Below are positions 18,169 through 28,297 of a stretch of 64,000 nucleotides of DNA, piece by piece (positions within the stretch are counted from its first letter, which is position 1; the number at the start of each line of letters is the position of its first letter). The notes under the pieces are model-generated. The model did not search any database and had not been told where the DNA came from. It worked only from the letters and a program-made list of their open reading frames with translations. Origin of the DNA: a virus; IMG/VR virus record IMGVR_UViG_3300047160_006900, positions 32,001 to 96,000 of that record, one strand, 5' to 3'. The position numbers were made by a program, and so were the translations under genes.

Positions 18169-19286
18169 GTGACAAGCTCAGATTCCATATCGTTTCCTTG
18201 CCGCATACCCAGACCACCAAGGAGTACTCCTGGTGTGCCTACACCGAGAAAGTGAGGAAATTCTGCGGGATGATGATGTCCCTCGGCCATGAGGTCTATC
18301 TCTACGCTGGGGAGGAGAACGAGGCCGACTGCACGGAACTCGTCACGGTGATCACGAAGGCCGAGGTGGAGCAGTGGTTCGGCCATCTCGACTGGCAGAA
18401 GGATCTCTTCCCCGCTGACGGCTGGGACCCGGATAAGCCATGGTGGCAAATCGGGAACACCCGATCGATCAAGGAGATCGCTAAGCGGCAGCAGCCGGGG
18501 GATCTGGTGGGCACGATCATGGGTCGGGATCAGGCAATGATTGCCGACGCCTTCCCGGAGATGTTGCCCTGTGAGTGGGGCATCGGGTACGAGGGGACGT
18601 ATGCCAACTATCGGGTCTTTGAGTCCTACACCTGGCTGCATCACGTCCATGGGGTTCAGCGGGACTCCAACGGGCGGTTCTTCGACGCCGTCATCCCCAA
18701 CAGCTTTGAGCTAGAGGACTTCCCCTACGGGGAGGGCGACGGCGGGTACTACCTCTTCCTTGGCCGGGTCATCCTCCGCAAGGGGCCGCATATCGCTGCG
18801 GAGGTCTGCAAGAAGCTGGATGAGAAGCTCCTCGTCGCCGGTCAGGGCGTCTGGCAGGAGGAACCCGGCAAGCTCTACGGGCTCGACAACGTGGTGATGA
18901 CCCATGACAACATGGAATACGTCGGAGTGGTACAGCCCCAGGAACGGGCCAAGCTGCTGGGAGGGGCCAAGGCTGTCTTCATGCCCACCCTGTATCTGGA
19001 GCCCTTCGGCGGCGTGGCTTGCGAGGCCATGCTGTGCGGGACACCCGTGATCGCCACCGACTGGGGGGCGTTCACCGAGACCATCGTGGAGGGCGAGACC
19101 GGATACCGCTGTCGCATGTTCCGGGAGTTCGTGGAAGCGGCGGAGAAGGTCCCCTCTCTGGACCGCAAGGCCATCCGGGAGCACGCCCTGCGCTATACCA
19201 CCGACACCATCAAGCACGAATACGACTACTACTTCCGTCGGCTCGCTACCCTCCGGGATGAGGGCTGGTACCAAATGGAGTACTAA
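18165..19286 (+). CDS. Glycosyltransferase (GT-B fold, GT4 family)
   Basis: YLFLGRVILRKG and EPFGGVACEAMLCGTPVIATDWGAFTE (E-X7-E). Confidence 0.93.
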   Translation: MSDKLRFHIVSLPHTQTTKEYSWCAYTEKVRKFCGMMMSLGHEVYLYAGEENEADCTELVTVITKAEVEQWFGHLDWQKDLFPADGWDPDKPWWQIGNTRSIKEIAKRQQPGDLVGTIMGRDQAMIADAFPEMLPCEWGIGYEGTYANYRVFESYTWLHHVHGVQRDSNGRFFDAVIPNSFELEDFPYGEGDGGYYLFLGRVILRKGPHIAAEVCKKLDEKLLVAGQGVWQEEPGKLYGLDNVVMTHDNMEYVGVVQPQERAKLLGGAKAVFMPTLYLEPFGGVACEAMLCGTPVIATDWGAFTETIVEGETGYRCRMFREFVEAAEKVPSLDRKAIREHALRYTTDTIKHEYDYYFRRLATLRDEGWYQMEY

Positions 19287-19525
19287 TGGACGAATGGGCA
19301 GTGACCTGCATCGTGCTCGACACCGAGGGCTGCGTGGTCATGCCGGAGACGGCGTTCGCTCGTCGTCCGTTTGAGATACGACAAGCGGTCTCTCCTCGGT
19401 TCCTTGTTGGACTCATGGTGGACGATACTGACCCTTCCATGCCGCTCACTATCAGAACTGCTACTGCCCTGTACGAGCGCACCAGGGGCGATGGCGTCCT
19501 GATCTATCGTCGCAACGAGGCCTGA
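19286..19525 (+). CDS. Hypothetical protein
   Basis: 79 aa ORF coupled by TAATG to the glycosyltransferase. Confidence 0.55.
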   Translation: MDEWAVTCIVLDTEGCVVMPETAFARRPFEIRQAVSPRFLVGLMVDDTDPSMPLTIRTATALYERTRGDGVLIYRRNEA

Positions 19526-19527
19526 TA

Positions 19528-19701
19528 ATGGATGTATCGATCGAGAACAGTGTCCTGTTGGACGAACTGCTGAAGATGTATGCGGAACTCCTGAAGGAGA
19601 ACCTGCTCCTGAAGCAGGTGGTCAAGAAACTGACCGAAGACCGGCCCTCAGAGCCGATGTATCCGTCAGAATCGATTGATATCCCGATAGCCGCTCCCTG
19701 A
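19528..19701 (+). CDS. Small coiled-coil protein (57 aa)
   Basis: Hand translation MDVSIENSVLLDELLKMYAELLKENLLLKQVVKKLTED... Confidence 0.55.
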   Translation: MDVSIENSVLLDELLKMYAELLKENLLLKQVVKKLTEDRPSEPMYPSESIDIPIAAP

Positions 19702-19726
19702 CCACTGACTGCTGTATCATCCCGAT

Positions 19727-20548
19727 ATGGCAGCGCTCACGGACGTTTCTGGGGTTGCTCGTCAGTTGAGCCGGGATTTCGGGGTGTTCTTTGAGTCGAA
19801 CTTCGGACCCCCGAATATCGGCAGCACCCTGCGGCTCCCACATCCCCTGGTTGAGCCCTCCTCAGTCACGGTCCTGGACAACCAGGACGGGACTGATATC
19901 TCCCAGCAAGTAGCGATCAATGCCCGCAATGGCTTGCTGAAGATCCAGAACTTCGCTCAGTACGTGAGCGGCGTCTATGTCTCGGGGATGTACTTCAACT
20001 GGTTCCTGGACGAGGATCTGGCGTTCTTTTCCCAGTTGATCGTCACGGAGCACATGCAGGGCCGTCCTGGGGTCACTCTGGAGTCCATCGAGGGAACCGA
20101 AGTCGAGGTCATGGGCATCGGGGCGCTGGTCTTCGCCCTCTGGTCCCTGATGAGCGAGTTCGCCACCGATATCGACGTGGCCGGTCCCGAGGGCCTGAGC
20201 ATCCCAGCCCACCAGCGGTATCAGCAGATGCAGACGTTGGTCCAGTACTGGCAGGCTCAGTACGACCACAAGGCGGCGATGCTTAACGTCGGGCTGAACA
20301 AGATCGACATCTTCACCCTGCGGCGGATTTCCCGGCTCACCAACCGGTACCCACCGCTGTATCGGGGTCGGGAGATCGACAATCCCCGCCCGCCGATTCG
20401 TATCCGTCCTCCCATCCCACCTGAGGTATCAACGCCCTTTGAGGACGAGGAAGCCTTCTGGGCCATGGGTTCGGACAGCGTGACGACCGAGTCCTGGGAC
20501 TTCGGCTGGGGCGGGTGGGGGACCCTGGGCACGGGCGGTGCTCCGTGA
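19727..20548 (+). CDS. Head-to-tail adaptor (neck protein)
   Basis: WFLDEDL, DIDVAGPEGLSIPAHQRYQQ and VGLNKIDIFTLRRISR motifs; position after the head genes. Confidence 0.7.
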   Translation: MAALTDVSGVARQLSRDFGVFFESNFGPPNIGSTLRLPHPLVEPSSVTVLDNQDGTDISQQVAINARNGLLKIQNFAQYVSGVYVSGMYFNWFLDEDLAFFSQLIVTEHMQGRPGVTLESIEGTEVEVMGIGALVFALWSLMSEFATDIDVAGPEGLSIPAHQRYQQMQTLVQYWQAQYDHKAAMLNVGLNKIDIFTLRRISRLTNRYPPLYRGREIDNPRPPIRIRPPIPPEVSTPFEDEEAFWAMGSDSVTTESWDFGWGGWGTLGTGGAP

Positions 20549-20988
20549 GTCGTCCGGTCATGGAGCGGCTGCTGGAACGGGTCGAGATCGACCTGGACAC
20601 CGAGTGCTGGATCTGGCAGGGATCGGCGGACTCCAAGGGCTACGGCAAGATCCTGGTGGGGTCACGGGTTGACGGCTCCCGGAGGTACCCCGGGACTCAT
20701 CTTGTGGTCTACGAGCATCTGGCGGGGTTAGTCCCTGACGGACAGGAGCTTGATCACCTGTGTCGACGTCGGCTCTGTTGTAACCCGGATCACCTAGAGC
20801 CCGTCTCGCATACGGTCAACATCCAGCGAGGAGAGTGGCGGAATCGGTACGGACCTCGTACGCATTGTGAGCAGGGGCATCCGTTCGATGAGGCGAACAC
20901 GATGGTCCGACCGGATGGTGGGCGTCGCTGCAAGACGTGCAAGAACGAGCGTGAGCGGGCTCGTTACCGGACAGGTGGGGCTCCGTGA
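20545..20988 (+). CDS. HNH homing endonuclease
   Basis: CWIWQG...GYG...LDHLCRRRLCCNPDHLEPVSHTVN plus THCEQGHPF...RRCKTC. Confidence 0.93.
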   Translation: MSRPVMERLLERVEIDLDTECWIWQGSADSKGYGKILVGSRVDGSRRYPGTHLVVYEHLAGLVPDGQELDHLCRRRLCCNPDHLEPVSHTVNIQRGEWRNRYGPRTHCEQGHPFDEANTMVRPDGGRRCKTCKNERERARYRTGGAP

Positions 20989-21125
20989 GAGGCGTCTGCA
21001 ATCATTGCGGTCATCCCGAGCGGGACCACCGGGCGAACGGCGCTTGCGTGGCGGTCGTGACCGGTGGGCGTTTCGGTGACGTCGTCTGCCCGTGCAACAA
21101 CTATGACGACGGCGGCATCACCTGA
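20985..21125 (+). CDS. Small Cys/His zinc-binding protein (46 aa)
   Basis: Hand translation MRGVCNHCGHPERDHRANGACVAVVTGGRFGDVVCPCNNYDDGGIT*; overlap-coupled at both ends. Confidence 0.65.
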   Translation: MRGVCNHCGHPERDHRANGACVAVVTGGRFGDVVCPCNNYDDGGIT

Positions 21126-21712
21126 TGGACGCACGTCGAGAGGTCGAGCACGTCTTCAAGGAGTTCAACCGCTACCAGACCAAGGTCGGGGAGGCGGTGA
21201 TCTGGTTCAAGTACGACCTGACCTCCACGTACGACGACGTGTATGACGAGGCCAACCGGACCTATCAGCCGGGGTTGGCGCTGGAGATCTTGTGGGTCGA
21301 CCAGCAGGAGGACCCGGAGAACTACTCCCCCGAGGGGCGTCGGCCCACTCAGCGCATCCGTTTCGCCTGTTCGGCTCGGGCCATGAACGAGGTGGGGATT
21401 GGGTCCACTGAGGCTCATGGGGGACGGCTCTGGGACCCCAAGCCCTACGGGAAGCCGTGGTGGGATGACCGGCTGAACGACATCCTCTACTACGACGGCC
21501 GTTGGTATGAGGTCAGTGATTTCCAGATCCGAGGCCGTGCTCGCCAGGACACGGTAGTGGGGGTGACCGGGATCGAGACCCAGCCCATGGACGAGCGGAT
21601 CTACGACCTCTTCCCCCGTGACCCACAGCCACAGTACGTGCCCAATGTGCTGATCGGTGAAGACGGACAGCCGCTTCTCGATGAAGACGGCATCACCCCG
21701 TTGACCCCGTAG
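21125..21712 (+). CDS. Head closure / stopper-like neck protein
   Basis: YDDVYDE and [16 protein letters not shown] motifs; position in the neck cluster. Confidence 0.65.
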   Translation: MDARREVEHVFKEFNRYQTKVGEAVIWFKYDLTSTYDDVYDEANRTYQPGLALEILWVDQQEDPENYSPEGRRPTQRIRFACSARAMNEVGIGSTEAHGGRLWDPKPYGKPWWDDRLNDILYYDGRWYEVSDFQIRGRARQDTVVGVTGIETQPMDERIYDLFPRDPQPQYVPNVLIGEDGQPLLDEDGITPLTP

Positions 21713-21720
21713 GAGCTTCT

Positions 21721-23373
21721 ATGCCCGTCTCGTCAGACCCCAATCTTCCCCCCGATCAGCTTGCCCCCGAGGATCTCATTCCTGTCGTGGACGTGTCGGC
21801 CACCGGGCCGACGAACCCTGGGGGGACCAACAAGAACGTCACTGTGGGTGGACTTGCCACTGTGGTGGCCAGTGGAGGGCCGGTCACACAGGGACCGACC
21901 GGCCCGTCGGGACCGGTTGGGGCTACCGGGGTTGGGGACACTGGTCCTGCAGGAGATACCGGACCTCGGGGTTACGGAGGACCGATTGGACCGTCCGGGC
22001 TGAAAGGTTCGACCGGAGTCCCGGGGGTTTCCGGTCATATCGGGTCCACCGGCTCTCCGGGAGTGCAAGGAGCTACGGGAGCCCAGGGTATTGCTGGTCG
22101 AGCGGGGGCTCCGGGACTCGTCGGGGCCACCGGAGCAGGACTCCCGGGGATGCCGGGAGCCACGGGTCCTGGTGGTGGAGAAACCGGGCCTCCAGGTCCA
22201 ACCGGACCTCCAGGAGCAACGGGGACGCCCGGGGCTACGGGGGCGGGGCAAGCGGGAGCGTGTGGTCCGAAGGGTGCTACCGGTGATCTAGGGGCTACCG
22301 GGGTTCTTGGCCCTACTGGACCGCCGGGTCTCATTGGTATTACTGGCCCCATGGGGGCCACTGGTCCTGTTGGAGCAACCGGAGGCGGGGCTACCGGGGC
22401 TCCGGGACCTACTGGTTCACAGGGATTCCAGGGTCTTTCTGGAGCGACTGGTCCGCAAGGGTCCATCGGTGTCATCGGACCGACCGGGCCATCGGGGCCG
22501 ACTGGTGGGCTGGGAGTATCGGGAGCGACCGGTATCACGGGAGCGACCGGTATTACCGGGGCTACCGGAGTCGGAGTGACGGGCATCACCGGCATCACTG
22601 GCCCTGCGGGAGCTACGGGTGTTACCGGATTCACGGGACCAGTCGGAGCGACTGGGGTAGTCGGTCCAACCGGCTTGGCCGGGGCGACTGGGGTGACCGG
22701 CGCTACTGGTTCCGGGGCTACGGGGGCAGTAGGACCGACCGGTCCCGGCGGCGGAGCAACCGGTCCGCAGGGTTATACCGGGGTCACGGGGCAGACCGGA
22801 CCCGGCGGTGGAGCTACGGGGCCTCAGGGCGCTACGGGAATCACCGGAGCTACTGGTATCACGGGTTCGGCGGGAGCGACGGGGGTCGGGACTCAGGGGA
22901 TCCAAGGGATCCAAGGAATCCAAGGATTTCAGGGAGCAACGGGAGTCACGGGATCGGTCGGAGGCCAGGGTCCCCAGGGTGTCCAGGGACCCGTTGGATC
23001 CACTGGGCCTTTGGGATCTACCGGTATCACTGGATCTACTGGCCCGACCGGAGTATCAGCAGCCCAGGTACTAAATGCACAAACCGGTACTTCATACACA
23101 CTAGTCGCAGGAGACATCCTCAAGCTCATCACTCTCAGTAACACCGCTGCTATCTCTGTAACAGTGCCACAGGACTCTGCGGTTTCGTGGGCTATCGGAT
23201 ACTGGTGTGAGTTGTACCAGTTGAACACCGGGCAGGTGACCGTAGTGGCGGGGACGGGGGCCACCCTGCGGGCCACCCCCACAGCCAAGGCTCGGGCTCA
23301 GTTCTCCCGGCTGTTTATTCAGAAGATCGCCGCCAATACGTGGGCGTTGAGCGGGGACGTGGCAGCGTCATGA
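21721..23373 (+). CDS. Collagen-like fibre protein 2
   Basis: Gly-X-Thr run; N-terminal DLIPVVD...TNKNVTV; C-terminal [10 protein letters not shown]...GQVT...RAQFS...WALSGD domain. Confidence 0.92.
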   Translation: MPVSSDPNLPPDQLAPEDLIPVVDVSATGPTNPGGTNKNVTVGGLATVVASGGPVTQGPTGPSGPVGATGVGDTGPAGDTGPRGYGGPIGPSGLKGSTGVPGVSGHIGSTGSPGVQGATGAQGIAGRAGAPGLVGATGAGLPGMPGATGPGGGETGPPGPTGPPGATGTPGATGAGQAGACGPKGATGDLGATGVLGPTGPPGLIGITGPMGATGPVGATGGGATGAPGPTGSQGFQGLSGATGPQGSIGVIGPTGPSGPTGGLGVSGATGITGATGITGATGVGVTGITGITGPAGATGVTGFTGPVGATGVVGPTGLAGATGVTGATGSGATGAVGPTGPGGGATGPQGYTGVTGQTGPGGGATGPQGATGITGATGITGSAGATGVGTQGIQGIQGIQGFQGATGVTGSVGGQGPQGVQGPVGSTGPLGSTGITGSTGPTGVSAAQVLNAQTGTSYTLVAGDILKLITLSNTAAISVTVPQDSAVSWAIGYWCELYQLNTGQVTVVAGTGATLRATPTAKARAQFSRLFIQKIAANTWALSGDVAAS

Positions 23374-24227
23374 GTCGGACAGCGGTCTACATCCGGGACA
23401 ACCCCAACGCCACCGGGGACTGCGACTGGATCGACGTCACCAACAACTGGCGGGACGCTGACGCTACGTGGCTGCAGGAGCGCTCGATCGTCCGGGTCAC
23501 CACCACCCCGGATGCCGAGATTGACGTGGTCAACACCCATGAGGGACGGGTGTTCTACTCCACCAACGACAAGGTGCTGTACCTCAGCACCACGGGGAGT
23601 GCCCCCTTCGACAGGATCATGTCGTCGGAGTTCCTGGTCGTGGACGAGTCGGTCTCGGGATCATCCCAGGTTGGGATCAGTGGTCATGAGGCCTACGGGA
23701 TTGCTTTCGATACCTCTAGTGGCTTCGTCACCATCGGCAACCTTACGGTCTCGACACTGGGTGGCGTCGGCTTGCTGAATGTCAACACCGTGGATGCCGG
23801 GACCGTGTCTGTGGGGAGCGGTGGACTCACCATCGAGACCGACGGGTCCCACAGCGTGGTCATGACGACCGGGGCCGACGGGTTGTTGCTGAGCACCGGG
23901 CTGGACGTGGCAGGTCCAGTCAGCGCTCCGACCGGGGACTTTGGGTTCCTCTCCGCAGTGGGGCCGACCAGTCTGGCAACGACGACGATCGCCAGCACGT
24001 TGACGGTGGGGACATCGACCATCACCCCGACCGTGACTTCCCCGTCCTCCGGGGATCTGACCATCCAGATCCAACCGGGGAGAAGTATCCGTTTCACGGG
24101 TGCTGTAGCGGATACCAATCTGTACTTCGGGTCCAATATCAATGTCCGGGTGGCCTGGGTGGTGGTCGGAGCTATTGATCCCGGAGTCGGGAATGTTCCT
24201 GAGGGCACGATCTGGATCCAGCCGTGA
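23370..24227 (+). CDS. Fibre-associated structural protein
   Basis: Ser/Thr/Gly-rich beta repeats; ends PEGTIWIQP. Confidence 0.7.
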   Translation: MSRTAVYIRDNPNATGDCDWIDVTNNWRDADATWLQERSIVRVTTTPDAEIDVVNTHEGRVFYSTNDKVLYLSTTGSAPFDRIMSSEFLVVDESVSGSSQVGISGHEAYGIAFDTSSGFVTIGNLTVSTLGGVGLLNVNTVDAGTVSVGSGGLTIETDGSHSVVMTTGADGLLLSTGLDVAGPVSAPTGDFGFLSAVGPTSLATTTIASTLTVGTSTITPTVTSPSSGDLTIQIQPGRSIRFTGAVADTNLYFGSNINVRVAWVVVGAIDPGVGNVPEGTIWIQP

Positions 24228-24388
24228 GTGTGGCTCAGGTCAAGCACAACGGATCCTGGGTTCCGTTTAATACCGGAAGCGTCCGGGTGAGGGCTGCTCC
24301 TGATGGGATCATCTATTGGGTTCGGCCCGCAGCTATCTATGTCAAGCACAACGGGGCCTGGGTTCGGACCGTCTTGCACTGGGGCTGA
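24224..24388 (+). CDS. Small VKxNGxW-repeat protein (54 aa)
   Basis: Hand translation [15 protein letters not shown]...IYVKHNGAWVRTVLHWG*; GTGA overlap with the previous gene. Confidence 0.65.
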   Translation: MSVAQVKHNGSWVPFNTGSVRVRAAPDGIIYWVRPAAIYVKHNGAWVRTVLHWG

Positions 24389-24416
24389 TACCACCGCTGA
24401 TACTTCCGACTGATGT

Positions 24417-24842
24417 ATGCTCCCCGAAGATTTAGCTGCGCGGCTGAATCCTCATATGATCAGTGCCGGGAGAGGCATGGCGGAGATGCTCCACATCGGT
24501 GGAGGTTTCTTGACCGCCCTGGAGTCATACGTCCAGGCGGTAGCTGATACCGCTCCCGAAGCCCAGGAAGCCGCTACGCAGACCCTGGTGGGGGATCTCC
24601 AACAGCGGGCACAGCAGCATCCTCGTTGGGAACCGATCGCTCATGAGATCGAGGCCTGGGAGGACTCTCGCGGTCTCCGGGTCGGAGTGCGGAGATCCGT
24701 GGCGGCTGCTCGACAGGCGGAATATGGGGATCAAGAACATGGACCCGTACCGCTGCTGCGGCATATGCCAGGATCGGCCAAGTTGGCTGGGGAAGCCATG
24801 GGTGACGTCTTTCGGACCAGCCTCGGGATTCCGACGCCATGA
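24417..24842 (+). CDS. Neck/tail completion protein (HK97 gp10-like)
   Basis: A..AEYG....P.PLLR motif; precedes the tail terminator. Confidence 0.6.
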   Translation: MLPEDLAARLNPHMISAGRGMAEMLHIGGGFLTALESYVQAVADTAPEAQEAATQTLVGDLQQRAQQHPRWEPIAHEIEAWEDSRGLRVGVRRSVAAARQAEYGDQEHGPVPLLRHMPGSAKLAGEAMGDVFRTSLGIPTP

Positions 24843-25627
24843 CCACCCCCTGGAACAACGATCTGGCGATTGGGGAGATTGATCTTCCGGCCCATACCGG
24901 CTTCCTGCTGGCTGAGGACGAGGCCCTGAAGACCTATCTCAGTGGCCTGGAGGTTCCTGACCGGGAGACCAATATCGATGTCGGGGTGTGGTTCCGGTGG
25001 CCGGAGGGAGAACGGCGGATTAAGTACCCGTTCATCACCATCGATTTCCTGGCTGTGGACCCTGATCCCATCCGTTGGACCAGCCAGTGGAATGTCCCGG
25101 ACGACTACTGCATTTATCTTGACCCGCTGACCGGTCTTCCCACCGGCAAGACTGGGATGTATATCCCCTCGACCGCTCCGGAACTCCCTGCACTCACCAG
25201 TGATGAGTTTGGATATCACATCGATCCGCCGCTGATGCACATCATCTCGTATCAAGTGGCGGTGCATTCCCGGTCGGCTCTCCACGATCGGTATCTGGCG
25301 AGTCGATTCATGGTGGATGTCTTCCCTCCCCGGCCATTCTTCATCCCGGTGGATGCGGACATGACCTATCGGCGCTGTGATCTCCTTGATATGACGCAGG
25401 CCGATACCCAGGAGACGACGGAGTCGGGTAGCAAACGCATCTTCCGGAAGATCTACACCCTCGCTATGGATGCTGAGATCCCGCTCACCAAGATCTACGA
25501 ACTCAAGAAAGCGCAAAGGCTTCACATCGATATCTATGCCGATACCGCTCTGCGGGAGCCTGAGAACCACAAGTACAACGATCCGCACACGATTGCGGAG
25601 CCCGTCACGGTCCTCCCGGAGGTCTAA
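24839..25627 (+). CDS. Tail terminator / sheath stabiliser
   Basis: EDEALKTYLSGL...VWFRWPE...YPFITID...KRIFRKIYT. Confidence 0.7.
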   Translation: MTTPWNNDLAIGEIDLPAHTGFLLAEDEALKTYLSGLEVPDRETNIDVGVWFRWPEGERRIKYPFITIDFLAVDPDPIRWTSQWNVPDDYCIYLDPLTGLPTGKTGMYIPSTAPELPALTSDEFGYHIDPPLMHIISYQVAVHSRSALHDRYLASRFMVDVFPPRPFFIPVDADMTYRRCDLLDMTQADTQETTESGSKRIFRKIYTLAMDAEIPLTKIYELKKAQRLHIDIYADTALREPENHKYNDPHTIAEPVTVLPEV

Positions 25628-25630
25628 GAA

Positions 25631-27517
25631 ATGGTTGACACGATTGGAGCAACCGGAGCCACTGGTCCTCGGGGACTCGGTGGTCCGGTCGGACCCCGTG
25701 GCTACACGGGTCCTGCAGGAGCCACGGGCCCGCAAGGGATCAAGGGTTCCACTGGTGTTCCCGGCACGGTCGGCCCTCCGGGAGCCGGAGCAGACGGTCA
25801 GCCAGGACCCACTGGACCGCAAGGGGCCACTGGCCCTGGCGGTGGTGATCCGGGAGCGACTGGTGTAGTTGGCCAAACGGGAGCGACCGGTCCTCGGGGA
25901 GCAACTGGTGCTGGTGGTCCGGGAGCCACTGGTCCGCAGGGAGCTACGGGTCAGCCGGGATCCGACGGTTCTAATGGTGTCGATGGTCTTCCTGGCCCCA
26001 CGGGACCTACTGGTGTTGTGGGAGCGACGGGCTCCAACATCGGTATCACCGGTCCGATAGGTCCGACTGGTCCGCAGGGCATCACCGGCCCGATCGGATA
26101 CACCGGGGTCCAGGGCAATACGGTTGCAGGGCCGACTGGCCCGCAAGGGATCGCCGGTCCGGTGGGCTCCACCGGGACCCAGGGGCCTGCCGGTACCGGC
26201 TCGACCGGTCCGACCGGTGTCCAGGGCATCCAGGGCATGACGGGTGTCACGGGTGGTGTGGGAGCCACTGGTGTCGTAGGACCCACTGGTCCTCAGGGAT
26301 CAGGGGCCACGGGGGCAGTGGGTCCGACCGGTGTGGCCGGTCCTTCCGGAGCCACAGGTCCCCAAGGTGCTACCGGTGACCCCGGTGGTCCGACCGGAGC
26401 AACCGGTGCCGTTGGAGCAACCGGGCCTGGCGGGGGCGCTACCGGTCCTCAGGGAGCTACTGGTCCTGCCAACGTCGGCTTCACCGGGGTCACCGGAGCA
26501 ACGGGTACGGCTGGTATCCAGGGCACGCAGGGAGCTACCGGTTCTGGTGGTCCCGCCGGGGCCACTGGTGCTGGCATCGTGGGTCCCACCGGAGCCACGG
26601 GTGCCGTCGGTGCTCCGGGTATCCAGGGCATCCAGGGTGGGCTTGGGCCAACTGGAGCCACCGGTCCCTTCGGACCCCAGGGCTTCACTGGCCCGCAGGG
26701 CATCCAGGGGACCACGGGTCCCACCGGCCCAGTGGGGTCGGCGGGTGCCCAGGGTATTCAGGGTGCTGCTGGTGCTGTCGGAGCCACGGGGACGACCGGA
26801 GCCACTGGTTCGGGAGCCACGGGGACGGCCGGGGTTGTCGGGGCCACTGGTCCTTCCGGAGCCACCGGGGTCACGGGAGCGGTCGGAGCCACCGGTATCA
26901 CCGGGGCGGAGTCGGTCAACTCTCGGTCGGACTCGTACATCCTGGCCCTGTCGGACGCCAACAACATCGTGGAGATGACCAAGGCCACGGCCTCGGCCGT
27001 TACCGTGCCCAACAACACCGACGTGGCCTTCGCCGTCGGGACCAACTGCGACATCATCCAGATGGGTGCTGGTCAGGTCTCGGTTGTGGCAGCAGCGGGG
27101 GTGACGCTCGACACATCGTCCACCCTCAAGCTCCGTCAGCAGTACTCGGCGGGCACGTTGCTGAAGGTGGCCACCAACGAGTGGGTGTGGCTGGGAGACA
27201 CCGAGCCTCCGGGTCAGACCATCCAGACCAAGACCGCCAACTACACCTTGGCCATCACCGACGCCTGGACGTTCATCGAAATGAGTGCCGCTGGGGCGCT
27301 CACGTTGACCATTCCGGCCAACTCGGTGGTGGCGTTCCCGATCGGTACCCACGTCGATATCGGGCAGTGGGGAGCCGGTCAGGTGACCGTGGCGATCACC
27401 ACTGACACCCTGCGAGCAACCCCGACAGCGAAGCTGCGGGCTCAGTACTCCACCGCCACGCTCATCAAGGTGGCGGCGACGGAGTGGGCTGTCATGGGGG
27501 ACATGGCTGCGTCATGA
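25631..27517 (+). CDS. Collagen-like fibre protein 3 with duplicated C-terminal domain
   Basis: Gly-X-Thr run followed by two tandem copies of the YxL...GAGQV...LRxQYS...EW..GD domain also present in fibre 2. Confidence 0.92.
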   Translation: MVDTIGATGATGPRGLGGPVGPRGYTGPAGATGPQGIKGSTGVPGTVGPPGAGADGQPGPTGPQGATGPGGGDPGATGVVGQTGATGPRGATGAGGPGATGPQGATGQPGSDGSNGVDGLPGPTGPTGVVGATGSNIGITGPIGPTGPQGITGPIGYTGVQGNTVAGPTGPQGIAGPVGSTGTQGPAGTGSTGPTGVQGIQGMTGVTGGVGATGVVGPTGPQGSGATGAVGPTGVAGPSGATGPQGATGDPGGPTGATGAVGATGPGGGATGPQGATGPANVGFTGVTGATGTAGIQGTQGATGSGGPAGATGAGIVGPTGATGAVGAPGIQGIQGGLGPTGATGPFGPQGFTGPQGIQGTTGPTGPVGSAGAQGIQGAAGAVGATGTTGATGSGATGTAGVVGATGPSGATGVTGAVGATGITGAESVNSRSDSYILALSDANNIVEMTKATASAVTVPNNTDVAFAVGTNCDIIQMGAGQVSVVAAAGVTLDTSSTLKLRQQYSAGTLLKVATNEWVWLGDTEPPGQTIQTKTANYTLAITDAWTFIEMSAAGALTLTIPANSVVAFPIGTHVDIGQWGAGQVTVAITTDTLRATPTAKLRAQYSTATLIKVAATEWAVMGDMAAS

Positions 27518-28284
27518 GCATGTTCACGTCGGGCGTCCCAGGAATCATGGCGAGCGAGGAGATGCAGGGGACTGGGCTCGTCACGGTCGCCAGTAAGACG
27601 AACTGGGGTAGCAACGCTGATGCCTCGTCGTACGTCTCGTCGTCAGTCACCACGACCGCAGGGGCTCTCTGCATTCTGGTGGGGATGTGGACCGTCGCAT
27701 CCCCATCAGTTGCCAACGCAACGATTTCGGGGGCAACGTGCTTGAGCAACCTCAATGGCGTGTCGAACGCTGCGTTCAACTCCGTCGGAGCCCCGCTCTA
27801 TGAGATCGAGGTGTGGATCGCCAAGGGGACCGGGACGGCAAGCACGATCACGGCGTCATTTGGTGGGACGCAGACTTCCGGGTTCTTCGTCCTGTTCCAA
27901 TGTTCCAACGTCAACGTGGCCGGAGGTCCGATCTGGGGTGGTACCGGAGGAACGAACTACGGCGTGCAGCAGGTCCAGACCATCAACGACGGGCTTGTGT
28001 ATGACATGACCCGAGCAACGGGAACCGGTATCGGCTGCCCCTTGAACCCGTTCACCAGTATCAACAACGGGACCTTCTCTGTGGTGGGCGTGGACTACCC
28101 CCCGACCTGGGATCCCAACATCGTGAAGCCGGGATGGACCTGTCCATGGTCTCCGGCCTGGGTCAACCCGTCAGCCGGGGCTGCGGCTGCGTGGACGGCA
28201 TACAACGATCAGACCCCGAAGTTCTATGCCAACGCCACGTCCCAGAAATTTGCTGGCGTGTCCATGGAGTTGGTCTCCATCTGA
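27514..28284 (+). CDS. Fibre-tip associated beta-rich protein
   Basis: ATGA-coupled to fibre 3; begins [14 protein letters not shown]; Ser/Thr-rich. Confidence 0.7.
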   Translation: MSMFTSGVPGIMASEEMQGTGLVTVASKTNWGSNADASSYVSSSVTTTAGALCILVGMWTVASPSVANATISGATCLSNLNGVSNAAFNSVGAPLYEIEVWIAKGTGTASTITASFGGTQTSGFFVLFQCSNVNVAGGPIWGGTGGTNYGVQQVQTINDGLVYDMTRATGTGIGCPLNPFTSINNGTFSVVGVDYPPTWDPNIVKPGWTCPWSPAWVNPSAGAAAAWTAYNDQTPKFYANATSQKFAGVSMELVSI

Positions 28285-28297
28285 TGAGGGTTGCCTG

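Noticed and set aside
17566-19286. DNA modification (methylation/glycosylation) cassette
   Set aside because: No DNA methyltransferase catalytic motif (DPPY/NPPY/PC) and no hydroxymethylase nearby. The structural-gene context favours protein or glycan targets, though DNA is not excluded.
14600-26910. CRISPR array or non-coding tandem repeats in the repetitive GC-rich stretches
   Set aside because: The repeats have 9-nt periodicity with free third positions and translate as Gly-X-Y collagen. There is no constant repeat with unique spacers.
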